Assembly: GCA_049599895.1 (NCBI GenBank) | Contig: JBMYPC010000037.1 | Span: forward strand, 1 to 24,422 | Reading direction: 5' to 3' | DNA length: 24,422 bases | DNA from: Bacteriovoracaceae bacterium | GTDB taxonomy: Bacteria; Bdellovibrionota; Bacteriovoracia; Bacteriovoracales; Bacteriovoracaceae | Shown: in pieces, positions 1-9,327 of the stretch | Layout: every line of letters starts with the position of its first letter | Position numbering within the stretch: position 1 is the stretch's first letter | Position numbers and translations under genes: made by a program | The notes under the pieces: generated by a model | Told to the model about the DNA's origin: nothing | What the model saw: only the letters and a program-made list of their open reading frames with translations | The model's database searches: none

Positions 1-1224
1 AAAAAGAAGTTCTGTTTCTTCATGGAGCCCTTCAACTAAGACTTTGAGAGTTTTTCCAAGATATTTTTGGTTCTCTTCGGTGGCGATTTCTCTTTGGGCC
101 TCAAAGAGCTCATCAAATCGCTCTTCAATAATATCTTGTTCTACTTTAGGCTTGATTTTAAAGGCAGGAGTTCCTTCTTCATCTGAGTATCGAAAAATTC
201 CTAACCGACCAAATCGAGACTTTTTCACACCATCGAGAAGACATTGGAAGTCTTCGTCTCTTTCGGTTGGAAACCCAACGATGATTGATGTTCGGATAAC
301 AATATCAGGGATTTTTTCTTTAAGCCTTTCCACTCTTTCAAGAATCTTCTCACCTGTAATCTTTCGATTCATCTTTCTTAGAATATGATCAGAGAAATGC
401 TGAACAGGCATATCAAGATAACGGCAAATCTTTTTTGACTTGGCCATTAAATCGATCACTTCATCAGTAAGCTCATCTGGATAAAAATAAAATAAGCGAA
501 TCCACTCAATCCCTTCGACTTCTTCTAGCTCTCTCAACAGATTGGCAAGGTTGTCTCCTTCCTCAAGGTCAACTCCATAATCAGAAAGATCTTGAGAAAT
601 GAGATTTAATTCTTTGACACCTGATTCGGCTAAAGCCTTTGCCTCATTAACAAGTGATTCAACTGAACGAGATCTTAGCCGTCCTCTGATGGTTGGGATA
701 ATACAGAAAGTACAATTTCGATTGCAGCCCTCTGAAACCTTTAGCCAGGCCATATAGTCTGGAGAAGTATTAATTCTCGGGTCAAACTCAGTGTGGATAA
801 ATTTAGGAATCTCAACGTGGCTCTTGGCTTCGAGTTTTCCCTCTTCAAGTGCCTTAAGAAGTTTTGTAATTCGATGATACTCACCTGTACCAATAATCAG
901 ATCAACTTCAGGCATATCTTTTTCAAGGGCATCTGCATATCTTTGCGCTAAACAACCACTAACCACAAGGGCCTTGCAGTTCCCATTTTCTTTATAGTCG
1001 GCAAGATCAAGTATTGTTTCAATTGATTCAACTTTTGAAGCCTCAATAAAACTGCAGGTATTCACGATAATCACATCGGCATTGTCTGGGGCGCCGATAA
1101 CCTCAAAGCCACCAAGTCCTAAGTGCCCAAGCATCACTTGTGAGTCAACAAGGTTCTTTTCGCAACCAAGTGAAGTAAAGTGGACTGTTTTATTTTCAAA
1201 GCCAGAATTCAATGTTTCTTGCAT
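1..1224 (-). CDS. rimO: Ribosomal protein S12 methylthiotransferase RimO (3' end runs off the left edge; absent from ORF track)
   Basis: Manual minus-strand translation from ATG at 1224: MQETLNSGFENKTVHFTSLGCEKNLVDS (MTTase N-terminal SLGCxKNxVDS), later VNTCSFI and the radical-SAM motif AWLKVSEGCNRNCTFCIIP (CxxxCxxC). Confidence 0.93.
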   Translation of the reverse strand, partial: MQETLNSGFENKTVHFTSLGCEKNLVDSQVMLGHLGLGGFEVIGAPDNADVIIVNTCSFIEASKVESIETILDLADYKENGNCKALVVSGCLAQRYADALEKDMPEVDLIIGTGEYHRITKLLKALEEGKLEAKSHVEIPKFIHTEFDPRINTSPDYMAWLKVSEGCNRNCTFCIIPTIRGRLRSRSVESLVNEAKALAESGVKELNLISQDLSDYGVDLEEGDNLANLLRELEEVEGIEWIRLFYFYPDELTDEVIDLMAKSKKICRYLDMPVQHFSDHILRKMNRKITGEKILERVERLKEKIPDIVIRTSIIVGFPTERDEDFQCLLDGVKKSRFGRLGIFRYSDEEGTPAFKIKPKVEQDIIEERFDELFEAQREIATEENQKYLGKTLKVLVEGLHEETELLF

Positions 1225-1320
1225 AAACTTTTAATTAGGCGAATTCTAACGCCTTTTCCTTTCTTAAATTCAAATAATCCCATAAAATCTAAATTCAAAG
1301 ATTTGATGCTTTCATAACGA

Positions 1321-3303
1321 GTGGAGGAGACTTTGGCAAAAGTGATGAAACTTTTACCCTTAAAGAGCAAAAGAAGTCGACCTTTTTTTAGGTACTTAGC
1401 CTCCACTCTCTTTCTTATAAGCTCATCGAGCTATCCCGATGTCTCTGAGTTTCCTGTTGATCGCTTCAATAAGTTTTTAAAGATAAAAGACTGTAGTATT
1501 CGACTCACTCAGGCCTACCCTAAGCTTCAGGAACTTTTTCGATTAATTCGAGCTAATGACTGTAAACAAAAGCTTATTGAACCAGATGAGAGTTCTTGGA
1601 TCTATGGAGCTTATCTTCAATATTTTCTTAAAAGGCAAGCGAAGGCCAAAAGGTTTGATCGCCTATATCTTGAGAAAGTTTTGAAGAAACTTGAACTGAT
1701 AAGTTCAAAAAAAGATAAAGAAGATTTTCTTATAAGAGAGCTTAAAAACTTTAAAAAAGGCACTCCTCTTCATAAAGAACTTGAAAGAAGCCTTTGGGAA
1801 CTCGCTCCACGACTTTCACCAGATTCTTATGAAGTTGATGCCGTTCTAAGAGCTGAAGACTTAAGGCTCAATCGAAGATACAAAGAAGCTTTTCTTATTT
1901 ATCAAAAGCTCTGGAAACTTCCAAAGTATTCAGCAAAGCAGTTAGGTTTAAAAGAGCTAAAAGATCTTCACTTTCGTTTTTCGCTTCTTAAGAAGTATCT
2001 TTATGGCTACAGCGAGTATAATCCCTTTAGTAAGAAGATGATGGAGACTTTTCGAGATGGAACAAAGGAAATTTCTCCCAACGAACATCTTATGGTTGAT
2101 CATGGAACAAGATATCTTCGTGGGATATGGACTAAGGGAAATCCCGCAAAAGCCTACGAAGTCGTCAAAGAGCTTATCAAAAGAACAAAAGACGACAGTA
2201 ACCTTGCCTATCTCTATTGGCTCAAGGCCAAAATTGAACTTGAATACAAATGGACTCTGAAAGCTATCGCAAACTTTGATCAAGCGATTTCAAAACTTAA
2301 ATACTCTGAAGATAATAAAAGGCTCTATGAAAAAATCCTTTGGAGCAGCGCTTTTACCTATTATAACGAAAACAGACTGACTGAATATCGAAACCTCTTT
2401 AAAGTTCATAAAGATATTATCCAAAGCTCTCTTTTTAAACAAAAGATCCTTTATTGGTATGGAAAGCTTCTCATCAAAAACAAAAAGAAAAGCGAAGCCA
2501 ATAAAATCTTTAAGAGCATCGTAAATATCAACTCCTATGGCTACTACGCTCTTCTTTCAAGCCAAAGACTCTATGGCAAAATTAAAACTCACGATAAGCT
2601 CAAAAAGAAAGAATCAGGATCTCCCCATTGGGTCTTTCTCCTAGAAGATCAAAGTCTTCAAAAGATGTATCTCAATTATCTTGTTTCAAAAAGACCAGAC
2701 ATCGACTATGGCGTTCAAATTGCCTACGACCTCCAGTCTCAAGAAAAGTATTATGACAGTCTCCTCTTTCTTTATGATTATCCTCAAAAAGAACTTGAAA
2801 CTTATCTCTTTTCCGACCCTCGACTCTTTTATCCCTACGCATTTAAAGAAAGACTCAAAGGTCTTCCCCTCGACCCTCTTATGGCCCTTGCGATTATAAA
2901 AAGAGAATCTCTTTATAACCCTAATGCCGTAAGTTCCGCCAATGCTCTGGGCCTTATGCAAGTTCTCCCAAAAGTTGCAAAGAAAATGGTTTCATCAGTA
3001 AAGTCGGAAGAGGACGCTCTTATAATTGAAAACAATATCCTCGCTGGAACAAGATATTTTTCAAAGTTACTCACAAGGTTTAACAGAAGCTATGTAAAGT
3101 CCATCGCGGGCTATAACGCTGGCCCCTCAATGGTGAAGAAGTGGCAAAGAACTGTTTGGAAGAACTCAAATGATTGGGAACTTAATATCGAAAACATCCC
3201 CTATTCCGAAACCAGAAAATATGTAAAAAAAGTTCTTCGAAACTATATCAACTATAAAAGAATTTACGAAATCACTGATATCAATCTCGATAAATATTTA
3301 TGA
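1321..3303 (+). CDS. Soluble lytic murein transglycosylase, Slt70-like (helical/TPR-like N-terminal region + C-terminal SLT domain)
   Basis: SLT motifs IIKRESLYNPNAVSSANALGLMQ, AGYNAG and IPYSETRKYVKKV. Start uncertain (GTG 1321, TTG 1333 after GGAGGA, or ATG 1345). Confidence 0.88.
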   Translation: MEETLAKVMKLLPLKSKRSRPFFRYLASTLFLISSSSYPDVSEFPVDRFNKFLKIKDCSIRLTQAYPKLQELFRLIRANDCKQKLIEPDESSWIYGAYLQYFLKRQAKAKRFDRLYLEKVLKKLELISSKKDKEDFLIRELKNFKKGTPLHKELERSLWELAPRLSPDSYEVDAVLRAEDLRLNRRYKEAFLIYQKLWKLPKYSAKQLGLKELKDLHFRFSLLKKYLYGYSEYNPFSKKMMETFRDGTKEISPNEHLMVDHGTRYLRGIWTKGNPAKAYEVVKELIKRTKDDSNLAYLYWLKAKIELEYKWTLKAIANFDQAISKLKYSEDNKRLYEKILWSSAFTYYNENRLTEYRNLFKVHKDIIQSSLFKQKILYWYGKLLIKNKKKSEANKIFKSIVNINSYGYYALLSSQRLYGKIKTHDKLKKKESGSPHWVFLLEDQSLQKMYLNYLVSKRPDIDYGVQIAYDLQSQEKYYDSLLFLYDYPQKELETYLFSDPRLFYPYAFKERLKGLPLDPLMALAIIKRESLYNPNAVSSANALGLMQVLPKVAKKMVSSVKSEEDALIIENNILAGTRYFSKLLTRFNRSYVKSIAGYNAGPSMVKKWQRTVWKNSNDWELNIENIPYSETRKYVKKVLRNYINYKRIYEITDINLDKYL

Positions 3304-3509
3304 AAAAATTCAGACAAAACGTCGCCGTCATTATCACAGACTCAAACAAAAAGGTTCTCTTTTGCCATCGAGATGATGGAAGAAGCTGGCAGTTTCCTCA
3401 AGGAGGAATCCAGCCAGGTGAAACAGATGAAGAAACCTTAATAAAGAGGCGCTTTAAAACCAAGACACCACTTGGTCCCATCCTTGCTTATAAATACATG
3501 AACAATTGA
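3300..3509 (+). pseudogene. rppH: Truncated RNA pyrophosphohydrolase RppH-like Nudix gene
   Basis: FRQNVAVII...SWQFPQGGIQPGE matches the RppH N-terminus (YRPNVGIVI...SWQFPQGGINPGE). Similarity stops at ~3440, before REUXEEXGU; only 69 aa. Confidence 0.75.
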
Positions 3510-3567
3510 ACTCTGTACTGTAAGCAACTGAAATCTTAAGAGGAGATTTCAATAAAGGATTTTAAAA

Positions 3568-4842
3568 GTGGCTAAACTTTTAACAACAAAGCTGTTTTCT
3601 ATCGTTTTCCTTATTCTCATTGGCTTTCACCCTAGCCTGCAATCTGCTGAAAAACCTCATTGCCTAGGGGCAGTGAATGATGTGGTTCATGGTAGGAATT
3701 GGTCTTCGACACCTACTGAACTTAAGGTCGCTTTAAAAAACATTAAATCTCATAACGAGGCCCTCGAAGATGAGAGACTTGTTACTCTTTTTGCACAAAA
3801 ACTAGATGCAGAGGAACAAGCTCATCCTCAGATGGCAAAAAGAAATCAAGTGGCCAGTTTTGAGAGAAGAGTTGAACTCTTTAAAGAAACATGGCAAGAA
3901 GCTGGGCATAAAGCTGAAGACTTCCCTCTCGTTTTAAGTGAAGAGAAAGTGACAGTTATGCAAAAAAGCGGAGATGGTTTTAAGCCTCAATCAATCCCTC
4001 TTAGAAAAGTTTTTTTTCCAAAAATTCAAACAGGGGCCTTCTTTCCAACCAAGGGTGTCTCCCAGCCAGGGATGACTGTTTCTCCCAAAAAGCCTGATGG
4101 CATCCTTATTATTTTGCCGGGAATGGGAACAGATAAATCAAATGCTCTTTCACTAATGCCAATCATTTCAAGGTTTGCAAAACAAAAGCATAAAGTTCAT
4201 ATTGTCGACGAAGCTTCCGGCCAAAAAGCTTATACTCTTGCAATTGGACTTGATACCACAGGAGCAGGAATGGCTCTTAATGCTCCAAAATATTTAACCT
4301 CTCCAAACTATTCAAGTGAAGCAGTCAGGCACACTTATTTAATTATGAAGATTCTTTTTCCTGAAACAAGAATCTCTCTAGCGGGCCGAAGCCAAGGCGC
4401 CTTACAGTCATTAGAATACTCCTCTCGCTATACTGGGCTTCATAGGGTCTTCCCAATGAATCCAAGTAGTATTGATCCTAAACTTCATCAGCACGCGCTT
4501 ATGCGACTTGAAAGAGACGGAAAGATAGAAGGTTTTCAGGTTATTCAAAAAAATATCGATGCTCTTAATGAACAAATTCTAGAGTTTGAATACAGATTAA
4601 AAAAACCTCAAAACAGAACAATTATCCTCCTTGGAGAACAAGACGCTGAATATGGCCATCCAGTGGAAAATCCTGAAAACTATGCCAGCTACCATAAAAG
4701 CTGGGATGATTTTTCAAGACAACATACTGAAGTCGATCTTTGGAAAGCTCCCAATGGCAAACACAATATGTGGGACACTCTCAATGATAAACCACTTTTT
4801 GATGAGATCATTCAATTCATGAATCGAGAGATGTATCTATAG
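3568..4842 (+). CDS. Secreted alpha/beta-fold hydrolase (serine esterase/lipase-like)
   Basis: Signal peptide; oxyanion-loop-like ILPGMG; nucleophile elbow GRSQG; candidate Asp in LGEQD and His in GKHNM. Confidence 0.75.
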   Translation: MAKLLTTKLFSIVFLILIGFHPSLQSAEKPHCLGAVNDVVHGRNWSSTPTELKVALKNIKSHNEALEDERLVTLFAQKLDAEEQAHPQMAKRNQVASFERRVELFKETWQEAGHKAEDFPLVLSEEKVTVMQKSGDGFKPQSIPLRKVFFPKIQTGAFFPTKGVSQPGMTVSPKKPDGILIILPGMGTDKSNALSLMPIISRFAKQKHKVHIVDEASGQKAYTLAIGLDTTGAGMALNAPKYLTSPNYSSEAVRHTYLIMKILFPETRISLAGRSQGALQSLEYSSRYTGLHRVFPMNPSSIDPKLHQHALMRLERDGKIEGFQVIQKNIDALNEQILEFEYRLKKPQNRTIILLGEQDAEYGHPVENPENYASYHKSWDDFSRQHTEVDLWKAPNGKHNMWDTLNDKPLFDEIIQFMNREMYL

Positions 4843-4845
4843 AAA

Positions 4846-5490
4846 TTAAAGGTAAGTCTTTCGAGTATTAGGGGGAGCAAAGAACTTAAAGTGATTTGTA
4901 TGGAAGACTTTATTGATCTCCATCTTTGAAATATTAAGCTCTGTTTTTTTCTTATTTGAGCGTTCGATAATAATCTTAGAAAGATTCATAAACTTATGTA
5001 CTTTTGATTTAAAATCAAGCTTTGCACCGATAATCCCAAATTCTTTTGCCGAATCTTTTGAAAAAGTGAGGCTATAGATATTATTCTTTCTCGAAACTTT
5101 ATAGTGCTTATTATCTTTCAATCCATTTTTAAGCATATCGAAGAACTTAAGAATTGATCCCTGCTTTGAAACGTTTGAAGCTGAGATCTTAACTTCTCCG
5201 TGTTTTACGGAGCCAAAAGGTGGCTTGTAATACCAGGTCTTATTTTTATTTGAAACCACTGTAAATTCTTGATGACCTTTCATTACAAAACGAAAGCTAC
5301 CAGGGTACTGATAGTCCATCACTCCCTGATTGACCTTCTTTTTTTTCTTTTTAAAAAGTGAGCCTTTGAGCTCTTGAAGGAACTCTGCTCGGAAACTATC
5401 CGGGAGAAACTTCTCATCGCTCTTTGCATCTGTCGCCATCAAAGAGAAAATTGAAAACAGGGTTAACAATATAAGAAGACTCTTAATCAT
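4846..5490 (-). CDS. lolA: Outer-membrane lipoprotein carrier protein LolA family
   Basis: Signal peptide; SFRAEFLQ, G-x-M-x-Y-x-YPGSFRF, VVSNKNKTWYY and C-terminal FKFFAPPN are LolA-type patterns; 214 aa. Confidence 0.75.
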   Translation of the reverse strand: MIKSLLILLTLFSIFSLMATDAKSDEKFLPDSFRAEFLQELKGSLFKKKKKKVNQGVMDYQYPGSFRFVMKGHQEFTVVSNKNKTWYYKPPFGSVKHGEVKISASNVSKQGSILKFFDMLKNGLKDNKHYKVSRKNNIYSLTFSKDSAKEFGIIGAKLDFKSKVHKFMNLSKIIIERSNKKKTELNISKMEINKVFHTNHFKFFAPPNTRKTYL

Positions 5491-5502
5491 AAACTATTTC
5501 TC

Positions 5503-8500
5503 TTATTGAAGTTGAACCGAAACCGCTTTAGAAACACCCGGCTCTTGCATGGTGACACCGTAAAGAGTGTCATTAAGTTCCATCGTCTTCTTATTATGGG
5601 TAATAAGAATAAATTGCGACTCTCCGCTCATCTCACGAAGAAGTTCGTTAAAACGCCCCACGTTTGCGTCATCTAGTGGAGCATCGACCTCATCCAGAAG
5701 ACAGAATGGAGACGGTTTCACTAAAAAGATTGAGAAAATTAAACTTACAGCAGTAAGGGCCTTTTCCCCACCTGACATAAGGTTAATATTTTGCATTTTC
5801 TTACCAGGAGGCTGGGCAATAATATCAACACCACATTCAGGGTCATCAAGATTACTTGTAATTTTTAAGCGGGCTGAACCACCACCAAAGATAATTGGAA
5901 AGACTTTTTCAAATCGAGTGTTCACTTCCTCAAAAGCAATCTTAAATCTTTCTTTTGATTTTTGATCAATGTGATCAATCGCTTTTTGAAGATCTTCAAG
6001 TGATCGCATAAGTTCTTCTTCTTGATCTTTTAAGAAGCCGCTTCTTAGCTTTTGTCTTTCGTACTCTTCGACAGCTTGCCAGTTAATCTGCCCAAGGCGA
6101 GAGAGGTCCGTTTTAGCAGTTCTAAACTTCTGCTTACAGTCCTTTAAATCCTGACCATATCTTCTATTAAATTCATAAGACTCTTTTTGAATTGGTCTTG
6201 GGTTCTCTTCGTCTGTTAAAAAGACTGACGTAATATCTTGAAGTTTCTCAATATGAGTTTCTGAAAGTTCAAGCTCAGAAACAAGAGTTTCTCTAAGATC
6301 AATTCTGTATTTTTCAAAAATGTCTTTAACAACAAAGGCCTCATCTTCAATGAATTGATTAATCTTAACTTCTTTTTCAACAAGAAGTTTCTCAATCACT
6401 GAGATTTCTTTTGTTAAAGATTTCACCTTGTCTTCACGTTCTTTCATCTGCTGAAGCATTTGATCAAGTTCAGACTTCTTTAAAGAGATTACTTTATCTT
6501 GCTCTTTAATCTCTCCAGCTTTTACGTGATTATTTGTTCCAAGCTCTTGAATCTCAAGACTTAAACCTTCAAGCTCTTCCGTATACTTCTCAATAGACTC
6601 GCTTGCACTTAAAAGTCTTCCATTGGCCCTTTCAATCTGTGACTCGATATCAGTCATTTGATTTTCAAGGGCTTCTTTTCTCTCTTTAAAAGAGTTGAAC
6701 TGGCTTTCTTTTTGGTAGAACTCTTCTTTGATGAACTCAAGGTTTGTTCTTTTCTCTTCAAGAGCTTCATCAAAGCCTTGAAGGGTTTCATTTTGTTCTG
6801 CAAGCCACTCATCAAGTTTTTGGATCTTTTCTTCAGCACTTGAGATTTCTTCAATAAGAGTAAACTTCTCTTCAGAGAAGCGCTTTCTTTTAGCGATAAG
6901 CTTTTCAACTTTTGAGTTTTGAAGCTCATAGTTTTTCTCAAGCCCCTCAACGTTAGCACTGAGTTCTGCTTTTTTCGCTTTAGAGTCATTAAGATCAGCT
7001 CTTAATTGATCAAGCTCTGATTCAAGCTCTTCATAACGAGCTTCAATCTCAAGAAGTTCATTTCTCAAGGTTTCATAAGAAACACTCAGATCTTCAAGCT
7101 CTGAAGTAATCTTTTCAATTTCAATATTTCGATCAATGGCACTTGATCCAAGACTTTCAGGATCACAGACATTTAACGCCCAAGCCCCTGCCACTTTTCT
7201 AAAATAAACTCTTCCGTCTTTTTGAATAATACCTTGGCAAGGAAGATCATTAGGAAGTGATCTTAAGGTTTCAACATTAAGCTGATCAACGACAACAAAA
7301 TGTGAAAGAAGCCCTCTTAGGTTCTCTCCAATTTCACCGGTTATAGTTGTGACATCTTTAAGAGTTCTAAGGTCATCTCCTAAAAAGACTTTTAATCTCT
7401 CTAGAGATTCATCCCCAAGGTTTGCTCCACCTGTCACCAAAAAGTCGAGGTTTTGCGCTTCAGATACTTTTGAAGCAATAAAATCAAGCTCTGGTTTATC
7501 GGCAATAATATAATCGAGAAGTGGTCCTAATGAAATTTTAAGAGCTGGAAGATATTCTTCTTCACAACTTAAGCCCTGCTCAATAATTGAGAAGGCTTTT
7601 TCATTATGAGTTTCAATAAAATCTTTATTTGAAGCCTTTGATCCCGCAAGCTCTGAGTTAAGCTTGTTAAGAGCATCTTTTTTAGCTTCAAGCCTTGCGA
7701 TATTCTCTGAAGTTTCTCTTTCAGAGAGTCTCTTTTCTTTAAGTTCTTCAGTTTTTGTTGTGAGTTCAGTCTTAAGAAGCTCCTCTTTTTCAGAAAGCTC
7801 TTCAACAGACTCAGTTACAGACTGAAGAAGATCTTTCTTTTCTTTCAAGTCAGAAAAGTATGTCGAGTGATGGGCTTCAATAGCCTCAACTTCTTCAGAA
7901 ATTTCTTCAAGCTGAGTTGAAAGGTTTTCAACCTGAGAGCGATCATTAAAAAGTTTTCGATCTGAAAGATCTCGCTCTTTTTTCTGCGCTTCAATCTCAT
8001 GCCCTTTTTCATTTTTATCAGTCACAAGAAGCTGAACTTCTTCTTTCGCCTCTTCAAGACGAACCTCAAGTTCATCAAGAATCTCACGAGAAAGGTTCTC
8101 TCCATCAAGTTCTATTTGCTTTTCTTTAAGGCCTGATAAAAACTCAGTCCTTTCAAGAATTTCTTCTTCAAGAAGAACCTTTTCGTCTTCATTCTTCTCT
8201 TTTAGTTTTTCTTTTTCTGTTAAAGATTTGAGGTGGTGAGCAAGTCTTTCTTCACAAGCTGAAAGCTCTTTTGATAATTCATTCGTGGTTTTTTGAAGAG
8301 TTTCGAGTTCTTCAATTTTCTCATCTCTTTTGATTCTCTCATCTTCAAGGCCAAGTTCAATCTGGTCTTTTAAATTGATGCTTGTTTCAAGTTCAACTTT
8401 CTTTTCAGAGATGAGATCAATCGCCTCTTTTAAATCTTTGAGACAATCAAAGACTTGATGAGAGTTTACAATGAGTTCATATTTTTCAATTCTCTCTCTT

Positions 8501-9171
8501 AGTCTTTTCGCCTTCATCGCTTTTTCAGCTTGAGCCTCAAGAGATTTTAACTGACGATCAATTTCAGTTCTAAGATCTTTTAACCTTCCAAGGTTTTGCT
8601 CTGTTTGATCCATTTTGCGGGCAGATTCTTTTTTACGAACTTTAAACTTCGTAATCCCAGCAACCTCTTCAATGATTGTTCTTCTATCGACAGGCTTAGC
8701 GCGAACAAGTCGATCAATTTCACCTTGAGCAATAATTGAATAACTTTTGGCCCCTGCACCTGTGTCCATGAAAACTTCTTGAACGTCTTTCAATCGGCAT
8801 GGACTGTCATTTAGGCGGTATTCTGTTTCACCGTTTCGATAAAGCTTACGAGTAATTTTAATTTCACTTGGACAAGCAACTTTGTTTCCAATGTGGATAT
8901 GCTTCCCTTCAGTATTCTCGAGAATAAGTGAAGCTTCAGCAAAGCCACCTGGCCCATACTTTGATGTTCCTGAAAAAATAAGGTCTTTCATTTTGGTTCC
9001 ACGAAGGTGCTTTGCTGATTGCTCCCCCATAACCCAAAATAATGAGTCGACGATATTCGATTTCCCGCACCCGTTAGGTCCGACAATTCCCGTAATTCCG
9101 TCATCAAAATGAATGGTAGTTCTGTCTTTAAAGGACTTAAAGCCTTGAATAATTAATCGTTTTAATTTCAC
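5503..9171 (-). CDS. smc: Chromosome segregation protein SMC
   Basis: GFKSF, Walker A GPNGCGKSN, Q-loop IIAQG, long coiled coils, signature MSGGE, Walker B/D-loop LLDEVDAPLD, H-loop ITH; 1222 aa; GTG start with AAGGA RBS. Confidence 0.96.
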   Translation of the reverse strand: MKLKRLIIQGFKSFKDRTTIHFDDGITGIVGPNGCGKSNIVDSLFWVMGEQSAKHLRGTKMKDLIFSGTSKYGPGGFAEASLILENTEGKHIHIGNKVACPSEIKITRKLYRNGETEYRLNDSPCRLKDVQEVFMDTGAGAKSYSIIAQGEIDRLVRAKPVDRRTIIEEVAGITKFKVRKKESARKMDQTEQNLGRLKDLRTEIDRQLKSLEAQAEKAMKAKRLRERIEKYELIVNSHQVFDCLKDLKEAIDLISEKKVELETSINLKDQIELGLEDERIKRDEKIEELETLQKTTNELSKELSACEERLAHHLKSLTEKEKLKEKNEDEKVLLEEEILERTEFLSGLKEKQIELDGENLSREILDELEVRLEEAKEEVQLLVTDKNEKGHEIEAQKKERDLSDRKLFNDRSQVENLSTQLEEISEEVEAIEAHHSTYFSDLKEKKDLLQSVTESVEELSEKEELLKTELTTKTEELKEKRLSERETSENIARLEAKKDALNKLNSELAGSKASNKDFIETHNEKAFSIIEQGLSCEEEYLPALKISLGPLLDYIIADKPELDFIASKVSEAQNLDFLVTGGANLGDESLERLKVFLGDDLRTLKDVTTITGEIGENLRGLLSHFVVVDQLNVETLRSLPNDLPCQGIIQKDGRVYFRKVAGAWALNVCDPESLGSSAIDRNIEIEKITSELEDLSVSYETLRNELLEIEARYEELESELDQLRADLNDSKAKKAELSANVEGLEKNYELQNSKVEKLIAKRKRFSEEKFTLIEEISSAEEKIQKLDEWLAEQNETLQGFDEALEEKRTNLEFIKEEFYQKESQFNSFKERKEALENQMTDIESQIERANGRLLSASESIEKYTEELEGLSLEIQELGTNNHVKAGEIKEQDKVISLKKSELDQMLQQMKEREDKVKSLTKEISVIEKLLVEKEVKINQFIEDEAFVVKDIFEKYRIDLRETLVSELELSETHIEKLQDITSVFLTDEENPRPIQKESYEFNRRYGQDLKDCKQKFRTAKTDLSRLGQINWQAVEEYERQKLRSGFLKDQEEELMRSLEDLQKAIDHIDQKSKERFKIAFEEVNTRFEKVFPIIFGGGSARLKITSNLDDPECGVDIIAQPPGKKMQNINLMSGGEKALTAVSLIFSIFLVKPSPFCLLDEVDAPLDDANVGRFNELLREMSGESQFILITHNKKTMELNDTLYGVTMQEPGVSKAVSVQLQ

Positions 9172-9240
9172 GCATTTATCCTTGCGTTGCTCGTGTGTGT
9201 GTGAGTTTGTGTGTTTCTCTCTAGCCTATTACTTTTGCAT

Positions 9241-9277
9241 AAAAAGCAAAGGCCCGACAAGTTAAAATCAGGCCTTT
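9241..9277 (-). terminator. Rho-independent terminator after the Ntn-hydrolase gene
   Basis: Minus strand AAAGGCCTGAT-TTTAACTT-GTCGGGCCTTT (11-bp stem with 2 G-U pairs) followed by GCTTTTT, ~50 nt after the stop at 9328. Confidence 0.65.
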
Positions 9278-9327
9278 GAAAGAGTAAATTAGAATGTCTG
9301 AAAGCTCGTGTGGGAAGGATTCTCGAG

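Noticed and set aside
44..388. 114-aa plus-strand ORF, and similar short ORFs opposite or inside slt, smc, cysQ, rdgB and others
   Set aside because: Antisense or out-of-frame shadows of well-supported genes (this one is opposite rimO); no recognisable motifs.
5330..5352. A8 tract / poly-Lys (FKKKKKKV) in lolA as a phase-variation site
   Set aside because: Frame is intact, lolA is normally essential, and A/T runs of this length are common in this AT-rich DNA.
5503..9171. SMC as part of a Wadjet/MksBEF or other defence system
   Set aside because: Canonical housekeeping SMC head motifs, lolA as neighbour, and no jetABD/mks partners.
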